From the UHGV virus genome UHGV-1747320: a DNA stretch of 25,402 nt; one strand, written 5' to 3'. The translations under genes and the position numbers were made by a program. This document shows positions 6,215-13,633 of the stretch, piece after piece. The notes below the pieces were generated by a model that had not been told where the DNA came from, ran no database searches, and saw nothing but the letters and a program-made list of their open reading frames with translations. The DNA comes from a virus. Positions within the stretch are counted from its first letter, which is position 1. Each line of letters begins with the position of its first letter.

Positions 6215-6274
6215 CTCAAAAAGGTAAAATTCGTTCAACCCAATCGAAGAAAACAAGAATTTTTCTGCCGTCTT
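6215..6274. repeat. Copy A of the about 58-bp direct repeat (overlaps the stop and last about 19 codons of 6216..6779)
   Basis: See 5850-5908. Confidence 0.7.
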
Positions 6275-6779
6275 TCAACTTAAGTGTGACTAGGCAGGCA
6301 TCAACGCCATCTGACGTTCCCTCAATTTCGCGGCCGTCTGCCATGTAGACCCTTATAGATTGGCCGTTTTGATAAGCCTTGCGACATATCTTAAAAAAAT
6401 CACGACGTGATGGCTGGTTGTCTACATAGTCAGGGTGTATTGTTAGTCTCCCTTTGAAATCGTAATCAATGCCATCAATTACGCCTGATTCAATTGTGCT
6501 AATGCGCTCAAGTGGGAGCCTTATACGATTTTCTTTGTCAAATGGAGTTGGACAAAGGTCAACTTTGTTACGAGATGACATGAGACCATAAACGTACATG
6601 CAAAACACTTGGCCGTCTTCGAGAGTGACTCTTACAGGAAATTTAGCCCTCCGCCAGAAGAGCAAGGTGCGTTCAGCATGTTCGTAGTCTCGCGGCCATA
6701 CTTCAGCCGGTATGCCGTAGGTGATATCTTTCGTCGTCATATCATTATAAAGTGGTTGGCAATATGTCCATTGTACCAT
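6216..6779 (-). CDS. Hypothetical protein (187 aa; possible alternative start at 6740)
   Basis: Long ORF without recognisable catalytic motifs; the C-terminal stretch SIRVYMADGREIEG...LVTLKLKDGRKILVFFDWVERI looks beta-rich; no clear SD for either start. Confidence 0.55.
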   Translation of the reverse strand: MVQWTYCQPLYNDMTTKDITYGIPAEVWPRDYEHAERTLLFWRRAKFPVRVTLEDGQVFCMYVYGLMSSRNKVDLCPTPFDKENRIRLPLERISTIESGVIDGIDYDFKGRLTIHPDYVDNQPSRRDFFKICRKAYQNGQSIRVYMADGREIEGTSDGVDACLVTLKLKDGRKILVFFDWVERILPF

Positions 6780-7164
6780 CCCAGGTAGTGAAAACCCGAT
6801 ATGTTTTCGAATCGCCCTGCTTTAGCTTTATTTCTCGTTCCATCCTGGAGGGGTTAAATGCGCAAAGACCTGAACTTTCAATTGATGTCCCAACGATCCA
6901 CTCTCCTTCGTTAAGGTAGAAAGTTGCTTTTTCACCAGGTTCTAGCTTTGCAGCCGTTTCTCCATTGATGAAAATGGAAGCGTTACATGCAGAACCAACC
7001 AGCCCTTTGTCTCGAACTATTGTTAGACTAGACTCATGTGGTGTTTGATATTTAAATATTCTGCTTTGAGGTGCATCCTTTGCCTTTGAAATAGATATAG
7101 ACGAAGACGAACACCCAATTAGTGACGTGGTTAGCATTAGAATCATTAAGTTTTTTGCTTTCAT
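6745..7164 (-). CDS. Putative lipoprotein (139 aa) with lipobox L-I-G-C
   Basis: N-terminus MKAKNLMILMLTTSLIGCSSS: hydrophobic signal followed by a lipobox Cys; AT-rich codon usage. Confidence 0.65.
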   Translation of the reverse strand: MKAKNLMILMLTTSLIGCSSSSISISKAKDAPQSRIFKYQTPHESSLTIVRDKGLVGSACNASIFINGETAAKLEPGEKATFYLNEGEWIVGTSIESSGLCAFNPSRMEREIKLKQGDSKTYRVFTTWDGTMDILPTTL

Positions 7165-7191
7165 ATTTGATTGACTATGATTAGTGAGTGG

Positions 7192-7740
7192 TTACATGCT
7201 ATTCTGAGTTCTGTTGTAAATATCTTTTAAGAGGTCATCTCTTTTTATGTTTTTACAGACTTTGTCGAAACTTAATTCACCTGATGATATGCAGTTGTTG
7301 TATTTTTCGATAAAATTTTTTAATGCCAGATGATTTTTGAAAAGAAAAGAAAAACCATAGGGTGACGTGCTATCTCTTATCCATTTCCGAGCACTGGGAT
7401 AAGTGTATAAATTTGAATGCAACTCCAATTTTCCAGGGGCCACGCCATCACAGGAGTCCATAATAGCGAACATTTTTGATATATCAAAAGGATAAAAGAC
7501 TACTCCGCAATTTGTCCTGGTGCCTTCAATATCTTTCACGTATATATAGTGTTCATAACGATCTTTACGTGAAGTCTTTAACCTGTATTGTATTAGTTTG
7601 TGCTCTTCTTTTTGAGAAGAAGTTAGGTGTCTAGGGTTTTCTAAGCAAGATTTCTGTTTATTTTTTTTATGATAAAAATCCACACAGTCCTTTATTTCCT
7701 TTGCACTTAAAAATCTCTTATCAAAAGGTAAGTGACCCAT
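7192..7740 (-). CDS. Hypothetical protein (182 aa), AT-rich, no recognised domain
   Basis: ATG at 7740 (minus) with GGAGG 5 nt upstream; Lys/Asn/Tyr-rich composition. Confidence 0.6.
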   Translation of the reverse strand: MGHLPFDKRFLSAKEIKDCVDFYHKKNKQKSCLENPRHLTSSQKEEHKLIQYRLKTSRKDRYEHYIYVKDIEGTRTNCGVVFYPFDISKMFAIMDSCDGVAPGKLELHSNLYTYPSARKWIRDSTSPYGFSFLFKNHLALKNFIEKYNNCISSGELSFDKVCKNIKRDDLLKDIYNRTQNSM

Positions 7741-7844
7741 TCATGCCTCCGGTTCTAAACATAGGTAAGCCTACAAATATCGTTCAGCCAATCAAGATCT
7801 TTTTTCAGCCGGAGGTATATGTTTCAAAAAACGTGACGAATGTC

Positions 7845-7874
7845 ACATGCAGGTGCTCTCATACACCTGCATGT
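7845..7874 (-). terminator. Perfect 11-bp stem hairpin (ACATGCAGGTG / CACCTGCATGT) just downstream of the 7881..8447 stop; terminator or attenuator candidate
   Basis: Inverted repeat 7845-7855/7864-7874 with an 8-nt loop; on the minus strand a T-run follows about 13 nt later. Confidence 0.45.
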
Positions 7875-7880
7875 AGACTA

Positions 7881-8447
7881 TTAATCATTCAATAATCTAT
7901 ATTTTCTTTTGATTAAATCTTCACCTTTTTTGGTGAACACAAAACCAAATTGCGATTTTTTGTTTAGACGAAGGACTCTATTATCCAACGCATCGGTTGA
8001 TGGAATCAATGTTTGATCATCTATCCAATTAAGTAGCGTAAGAAAGTTCAGCAGCCTCAACGTTGTTGTGCGAAGCTCTTTCGATATATTTTCAATGCTG
8101 GCAATTCGTCTTTCTTTTTTCTCAGGTGGTACAGATAATTGTTCTTGAGATTTCGTGGATAGATAATCAATTTCGTTTGCTGCATCGAATGATATGTGAG
8201 GCGTAATTTTGCTAAAAAAGCCTTTCGCTGACTCACTTGATAATAAACCAGATCTATTCATATCGTTTGTTATTCTGTACAGGAGTGGACTGTGTTTCAT
8301 TTCAGGATAACGTTGATAAAAGTTAAGCAATTCAAAAGCAGCATTAGCACCAACAAGAAAATCAGAAGGATCGCTGACTTTCCAGAACGAATGATTTTTC
8401 TTAGCGCCAGTGGTGTCAACAAATGATAATTCTTTTAACCAACTCAT
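7881..8447 (-). CDS. Hypothetical protein (about 188 aa), AT-rich, no recognised domain
   Basis: Track ORF 7881..8480; ATG at 8447 is preferred because AAGGAG is 6 nt upstream. The start region lies inside an 11-bp-stem hairpin. Confidence 0.6.
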   Translation of the reverse strand: MSWLKELSFVDTTGAKKNHSFWKVSDPSDFLVGANAAFELLNFYQRYPEMKHSPLLYRITNDMNRSGLLSSESAKGFFSKITPHISFDAANEIDYLSTKSQEQLSVPPEKKERRIASIENISKELRTTTLRLLNFLTLLNWIDDQTLIPSTDALDNRVLRLNKKSQFGFVFTKKGEDLIKRKYRLLND

Positions 8448-8480
8448 GATGTGCTCCTTTCTAACAAGTGAGCACATCAT
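8446..8480 (-). promoter_or_regulatory. Hairpin sequestering the RBS and start codon of the 7881..8447 gene (arms ATGATGTGCTC / GAGCACATCAT)
   Basis: Perfect 11-bp inverted repeat 8446-8456/8470-8480 with a 13-nt loop; in the mRNA the AAGGAG SD and the AUG fall in the loop edge and 3-prime arm. Confidence 0.5.
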
Positions 8481-8512
8481 AGAATTAGTATATAGGGGGT
8501 AAATATGAAATG

Positions 8513-8791
8513 TTACGGCAACCTGCTCAGTATTTCCTCTAGATCTTTTTTTGTCATATTGGAGTTTTCATAGATGCGCATGATTTTCTCACGCGTCTTA
8601 GCGGAAACCCCAACGGCAGATGTAACTTTGTCAAATTCAGCCATAGTCATCGTCTCCAGAATGGCATTGATAACTTCAGCCTTAGACATCTTGATTTTTT
8701 TCTCTTTGAGTTTTATTTGAAATTTTCCAAGTTTTTCATTGGCCTTATCAGACAATGCCACTTGGCAATAAGTTGTTTTCTTTTCGCTCAT
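8513..8791 (-). CDS. Small protein (92 aa), possibly ribbon-helix-helix-like DNA-binding; translationally coupled to the helicase
   Basis: ATG at 8791 lies 2 nt after the helicase stop (8794-8796). The fold guess is from a strand-helix-helix-like pattern (TYCQVAL ... SKAEVINAILET) only. Confidence 0.55.
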   Translation of the reverse strand: MSEKKTTYCQVALSDKANEKLGKFQIKLKEKKIKMSKAEVINAILETMTMAEFDKVTSAVGVSAKTREKIMRIYENSNMTKKDLEEILSRLP

Positions 8792-8793
8792 AA

Positions 8794-10353
8794 CTAATCT
8801 CGTTTCAGAACTCCAAAATCGAATGCGCCATCAACAGGCAATACACCTTCTGCAAAGCCAGGTGTGGTGTCGATGATGTGTTTTCGCTCATAAGAGTGAG
8901 ACAACAGGTATTTGTTGCTAATGTCAATGAAATCAGTGATAAAACACACGTTTGCCTGATTCTTCTTGGCTCGTAAGCCACGACCGACACGTTGTCTCAT
9001 TTCAACTTCTGCTTTCCCACCACCAGCAAGAATGACCGCACCAACGCTTGGCACATCAACACCGACATCCAGAATAGTCGAGCCTATTAAAACATCTATT
9101 TCTCCAGACGCTAAACTGTTCAGCTTTGCTTGCCTTGTCGCTTGGTTCGATTCCCCATAGATGAAGTCAACTCTAAGGCCGGACTCCTTCATCATCTCCA
9201 TCAGGATTTGCCCGTGGCGTTTAAGACGAACCAGAGTCATGCAATTGAGAGAATGTTGCTTATAGAGCAATGCTTCGCGCACAATGGCCTCGTTACGTCC
9301 CAAATTATACACGATCCCCAACTGATAAGCCTTTTGGTAGGCAGTGCTCATACCTACTCTAAAATTAAGGTGTTTGTTGGCAAGTTCCGCCTTGATTCTG
9401 ACCTCGTCTGGCTTGTAGGCAACTTTATGATAAAGGAAGTACGGTTTTGCCAGAATGCCTCGATCAATCAGGTACTTTTCCGTGACTTTTATTTCAATTC
9501 GCCCAGCCACTGCCATCAGACGCATGTTGGCTTCCGTAGAATCCTTCATGAACGGCGTTGCCGTAAGCGCCAGACGATAGTCTGCGTTCACACATAATCT
9601 GGCAATGTCATAGAAATTAGAACCTGAAGACTCATGCGCCTCTTCCAGAATAAGCAGAGACACACTTGAAAGGAAGCGTTTCACCAAGTCCCGACGTTTG
9701 AGGTGGTAGCTCTTCTTATCTGGAGTTGCATCGCGTGGTGGTTCTTCAAGGAAACTTGCCAGAGTTTGAACTGTTGCGACGTTGATATGTCGTGATACCT
9801 GGAACTCACCCGAGCCAATGACTCCAACCTTTTGGTCCTTTAACCACGGTTCGCCATTTTCGGCGCGGTAGTCGATGGATCTCTGGAAGTTTTCGGCCAT
9901 TTGAAACATCAGAACAGAGCGGGTTGTTAAAAATAATGTCATTCGACCGATACGTGCAGCTGCTTTGCAGGCAACGTTAGATTTCCCACCACCAGTAGCG
10001 ATCTGGGCAATCATCATTCCCTCGCGAACTAGTGTTTCCACAGCCTGATCCTGATATGCATAATCAGGATTGTATGGGAATGGGTTAACCGCCGGATTTG
10101 GCTTTCCAAGCGCCGGGGCTTTGTCTTTGCGGATATGAACACATTTGATGCCCGCCTTGTTCAAGTTCGCCGCTACAGGCTTGGCAAAGCCAGCAGGGAA
10201 CGAGTTTTTACTCCAGTTGAACATCGTGCTTGTGCCCTTCCAGTCGCCAGTCTCGACTTCGTAGCTCAACATCTGTTGCACCAGTTGCTTTACCTTGTCA
10301 TCTGCGCCAGAAATAAGCGCATTAACTGCGTTAGATACAATCCGAACAGTCAT
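8794..10353 (-). CDS. Superfamily 2 (DEAD/DEAH-type) DNA helicase (519 aa)
   Basis: Motif I ATGGGKS, motif II LILEEAHE, motif III TATP, motif VI QRVGRGLR are present in the canonical order. Confidence 0.85.
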   Translation of the reverse strand: MTVRIVSNAVNALISGADDKVKQLVQQMLSYEVETGDWKGTSTMFNWSKNSFPAGFAKPVAANLNKAGIKCVHIRKDKAPALGKPNPAVNPFPYNPDYAYQDQAVETLVREGMMIAQIATGGGKSNVACKAAARIGRMTLFLTTRSVLMFQMAENFQRSIDYRAENGEPWLKDQKVGVIGSGEFQVSRHINVATVQTLASFLEEPPRDATPDKKSYHLKRRDLVKRFLSSVSLLILEEAHESSGSNFYDIARLCVNADYRLALTATPFMKDSTEANMRLMAVAGRIEIKVTEKYLIDRGILAKPYFLYHKVAYKPDEVRIKAELANKHLNFRVGMSTAYQKAYQLGIVYNLGRNEAIVREALLYKQHSLNCMTLVRLKRHGQILMEMMKESGLRVDFIYGESNQATRQAKLNSLASGEIDVLIGSTILDVGVDVPSVGAVILAGGGKAEVEMRQRVGRGLRAKKNQANVCFITDFIDISNKYLLSHSYERKHIIDTTPGFAEGVLPVDGAFDFGVLKRD

Positions 10354-10400
10354 AAACCTCTTTCCTTAGTGCCTTTTGTATGTTATTTGGCTATTATAAT

Positions 10401-10419
10401 AAGTAAGTGATTACTTAGT
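10401..10419. promoter_or_regulatory. AT-rich imperfect palindrome (TAAGTAAGTGATTACTTAG) in the divergent promoter region between the helicase and ParB-like operons
   Basis: Follows a TATAAT hexamer at 10395-10400; member of the GTAAGTA palindrome family. Confidence 0.4.
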
Positions 10420-10435
10420 GGATTGTAGCAATAAA

Positions 10436-11116
10436 ATGGATGTAAAAATCACGATTTTGCAGGTTGATGTTGCCAACCTTCGCCCGAATACCTGGAACAC
10501 CAATTCGGTTGGTGCGCAGAATTTTGAAAAACTGAAAGGTTCTATCGAAAAATTGGGCTTTTTTAAGCCAATTTTGGCTCGTGAACTTGAAGATGGATTT
10601 TTTGAAATCCTCGGCGGCGAACATCGCTGGCGTGCTGCTATTGAGCAAGGAATTTCAACGGTTCCGGTGCTTTCTGTGGGCAAAATTAGCGATGTCGTAG
10701 CTAAACAGATGTCACTGGTGGACAACGAGCGATACGGTGAAGACGACCAAATCGCATTGCAACGCTTCATTGAAGAAATTCAGTCAGAACTTGACTATCA
10801 ACTGTCTGAAATTGCCCCGTATGACGACGAAATCTCGATGGTTTTAGCAAAAGAGGCGGCAATCGACCTTGAAGCACTGGAGGCGTTGTCTCGTGGTAGT
10901 GATGAGCCTGTCGATACCGACAAACGAGAGAAAACCGAACGTGTGGGTGCGGAACATCAGACCATGCGCTTCAAAGTAACTTTCGATGCGTCAGATCGTG
11001 TTGCAGAAACCATAAAAAACATCATCAAAGAGCAGGCTATTAACACCGGTAATGAAATGGAGAACGCTGGTGAGGCTCTGGTGTGGCTGGTCGACTACTA
11101 CAAGGAGCGTATGTAA
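10436..11116 (+). CDS. ParB/Srx-like N-terminal domain protein (about 226 aa)
   Basis: Signature FEILGGEHRWRAA (ParB GxxRxxA box); acidic C-terminal half. Track ORF begins at a GTG at 10418; ATG at 10436 used here. Confidence 0.75.
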   Translation: MDVKITILQVDVANLRPNTWNTNSVGAQNFEKLKGSIEKLGFFKPILARELEDGFFEILGGEHRWRAAIEQGISTVPVLSVGKISDVVAKQMSLVDNERYGEDDQIALQRFIEEIQSELDYQLSEIAPYDDEISMVLAKEAAIDLEALEALSRGSDEPVDTDKREKTERVGAEHQTMRFKVTFDASDRVAETIKNIIKEQAINTGNEMENAGEALVWLVDYYKERM

Positions 11117-11784
11117 TGACCAAAAAGTTTGAAATCGTATATCGCGACCCGGCAGATCTTATTCCCTATGAGATGAATGCCAAAAAGCATGATGAACAGC
11201 AGATCCGAGATCTGGCCGCAGCCATTAAAAAGCGCGGATTTGACCAGCCAATTACGGTCGATAAGAACGACGTAATTATTACTGGCCACGGCCGCCGTGA
11301 GGCTGCAATTTTTGCTGGACTTGAGCGCGTACCGGTTATTGTTCGCGATGATCTCAGTGATGACGAGGTTCGTGCGAAGCGCCTTGAAGATAACCGACTT
11401 GCCAGCATTGATTACGATGCAATTAAGCTACAGAAAGAACTTGAGTCGCTTGTTCTGGACGATATCGAGGTTTTCGGCTTTGAAGAGCGTGAGTTGAATG
11501 TTCTCGTTGGCAGTATGACAGAAGAAATGGACACCGATTCGCTAGTTATCGATCTTGGCGAAGAAACTAAACGACAGAAGGATGAACACACCGAGATCAG
11601 TCGTGAAGTTGCAGCGGAAGAAGTACGTGTTGTCGACGTATTGGGCTTTAAAACGCTCCCTGCTGGCTCTGCCATTGTTGTTGGTGATTTGCTTGCCCAC
11701 ATGGAAGAAATGACGGGAGAAAGCGGGGTAGACGCATTTGTGGCATATGCGGAGAAGATCTCTTCCGGGGAGATGGCTGCATGA
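11116..11784 (+). CDS. Second ParB/Srx-like domain protein (about 222 aa)
   Basis: Signature ITGHGRREAA; AAGGAG 8 nt upstream of ATG 11116; start overlaps the upstream stop (TAATG). Confidence 0.75.
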   Translation: MTKKFEIVYRDPADLIPYEMNAKKHDEQQIRDLAAAIKKRGFDQPITVDKNDVIITGHGRREAAIFAGLERVPVIVRDDLSDDEVRAKRLEDNRLASIDYDAIKLQKELESLVLDDIEVFGFEERELNVLVGSMTEEMDTDSLVIDLGEETKRQKDEHTEISREVAAEEVRVVDVLGFKTLPAGSAIVVGDLLAHMEEMTGESGVDAFVAYAEKISSGEMAA

Positions 11785-12446
11785 GCAAATACATCATCAA
11801 CGTATCGTTTCAGACACGCGTAAATAAAACCACGCGCACGTTGGAAATCGCTGAGTCGTTCGGGCTTGGTCTGGACGAAAAAGAGTGGACGCTTTACGAC
11901 AATCTGGAGCTGGAAGTGAAGCAGGGCGATGTGGTGTACATCACCGGCCAATCCGGTTCCGGCAAATCCGTTGTGCTGCGCGAGTTGCAACGACAGATGA
12001 AGGATGAAGGGCTGTCTGTAGCCTCCATCGATGATTTTACCTTCGATAATGAGGTTAACGTCATCGATCAGTTGGGCAAAACGACCAGTGATGCGCTTGG
12101 GTTGTTATCTATGGCTGGTCTGAACGATGCATATCTGTTTGTTCGCAAGCCTTCTGAAATGTCAGACGGCCAGAAATATCGTCTCAAGATTGCCAAACTG
12201 ATTGAGTCAGGCGCTAAAGTATGGGCTGCTGACGAGTTCGGCGCTGTTCTCGACCGTGTAACCGCTCAGGTTGTGGCGTCTAACCTCCAGCGTGCCGCTC
12301 GAAAGGTTGGTGCGACGGTAATGGTGGCGACGACTCACGAAGACCTGAAGAACGCGCTGCGCCCGGATATGCAGATCACCAAGCACTACAAAGAACGCGT
12401 GAAGGTGGAATATCACAATGGTAGTCATGATGAGGTCCATTCATGA
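11781..12446 (+). CDS. ABC-type (P-loop) ATPase domain protein (221 aa)
   Basis: Walker A GQSGSGKS, signature-like SDGQKYRL, Walker B VWAADEF, H-loop-like ATTHED; ATGA overlap with the upstream gene. Confidence 0.75.
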   Translation: MSKYIINVSFQTRVNKTTRTLEIAESFGLGLDEKEWTLYDNLELEVKQGDVVYITGQSGSGKSVVLRELQRQMKDEGLSVASIDDFTFDNEVNVIDQLGKTTSDALGLLSMAGLNDAYLFVRKPSEMSDGQKYRLKIAKLIESGAKVWAADEFGAVLDRVTAQVVASNLQRAARKVGATVMVATTHEDLKNALRPDMQITKHYKERVKVEYHNGSHDEVHS

Positions 12447-13333
12447 CGGACATCATCATTAAACGCTACCGCCCTGAAGAGTTTCCGCGTCATCTGGACT
12501 TTCTGGAGCGAATGACTGTTACAAAGGGAACTGTAGAGGACTGGCACGCTCTTAAGTCGCTTCACTACAAAACAGACGGCAAACCTTTCGCGCCAACTTA
12601 CTATCGCTGCGAACTTGATGACCGTCTGGTGGGCGTCGTGGTTATGGCTTACCCGAAACTACTGTTGGCACCTCGCCACCGCATGTTTCCTAAGTTGAAA
12701 CCAACCACTAATACCACCGTGGCTAACCAGTACTGGGGTCGGTACGTGAATAACAACTTTGCGGTGATCAGTCGCTCAGTTGTGGATACTCAGTATCGTG
12801 GCGTAGGCGTCTCTTATCGAATGATTAACCTGGTTAGCAGGATGCATGACCGGCCAATCATTGAGATCCAGTCCTCGATGAGCAAATACAATCCCTTCGC
12901 CATGAAAGCAGGGTTTAAGTTCATCCGCCCTGAGCGACCGAAGAGCTATGAAAGTGCACTGCGTGTATTCCAGCGCCATTTCCGTTCCGACCCGGGTGAT
13001 AACGAGGCGATCGTCAAAGAGTTGTTCGCAATGAGCGAGTCTCGTCGTCGCCGTGCACTGCGTGATCTGGTGGCGGACTACCACAAGAACAGTTCTCTGG
13101 CAAAAGCTGGGCGGAATCGTGGCACGACGATTCAGGACATTGCCGACAGTCTGGTGGACGAGGCCAGCATTGTGAAGCTGCTCAAGGACATTCACAACCT
13201 GAGCTTTACGTCTCCGTTGTATGGTGTGTACCGAAACCCTGACTTTGGCCGTCGACTGCCTGACACGCTGCCACTGCTGGCATTCGACAAACAACCTTTG
13301 GATAAACCGTTAGAAATTGCTTTACCGGCATAA
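12443..13333 (+). CDS. GNAT-like (acyl-CoA N-acyltransferase fold) protein (296 aa), assignment tentative
   Basis: Core resembling the GNAT motif A region (VVMAYP ... QYRGVGVSYRMI ... NPFAMKAGFKF); ATGA overlap with the ATPase gene. Confidence 0.6.
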   Translation: MTDIIIKRYRPEEFPRHLDFLERMTVTKGTVEDWHALKSLHYKTDGKPFAPTYYRCELDDRLVGVVVMAYPKLLLAPRHRMFPKLKPTTNTTVANQYWGRYVNNNFAVISRSVVDTQYRGVGVSYRMINLVSRMHDRPIIEIQSSMSKYNPFAMKAGFKFIRPERPKSYESALRVFQRHFRSDPGDNEAIVKELFAMSESRRRRALRDLVADYHKNSSLAKAGRNRGTTIQDIADSLVDEASIVKLLKDIHNLSFTSPLYGVYRNPDFGRRLPDTLPLLAFDKQPLDKPLEIALPA

Positions 13334-13342
13334 GGATTTGCC

Positions 13343-13609
13343 ATGACGTTAACCGATAAACAAAAGGACATCATCAAAACGCTCAATCTCGGTTATGAGC
13401 GAGGTCATCTACTTGATCTGGACGAATTGCTTGAAGTTTTGCCGTACAAGACAACCAAGCAAAGTATCCAGTTCTCAATTCGCGCTCTGATAAAAAAGGG
13501 GCTGGTGGAGAAAGGGCATACGCGCCAACGCAGTGACAATCGCTATCACCGCCGAACTCTTGGGTTAACCACTTTAGGTCGAGCCAAAGCGAAGTTACTG
13601 GTGATGTAA
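13343..13609 (+). CDS. Small winged-helix-like DNA-binding protein (88 aa)
   Basis: AAGGA RBS; helix-turn-helix-like segment TKQSIQFSIRALIKKGLVEK and basic C-terminus. Confidence 0.6.
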   Translation: MTLTDKQKDIIKTLNLGYERGHLLDLDELLEVLPYKTTKQSIQFSIRALIKKGLVEKGHTRQRSDNRYHRRTLGLTTLGRAKAKLLVM

Positions 13610-13633
13610 TCGGTCTGGGAGCTTATTTAAAGA

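Noticed and set aside
11412-11990. Long antisense ORFs opposite confident genes (for example 11412..11990(-), 12776..13294(-), 9130..9597(+), 22912..23397(-), 24608..25153(-), 25029..25340(-), 19662..20057(-))
   Set aside because: Each is the shadow frame of a gene with clear motifs, RBS and operon context on the other strand; translations are Ser/Arg/Cys-rich and junk-like.
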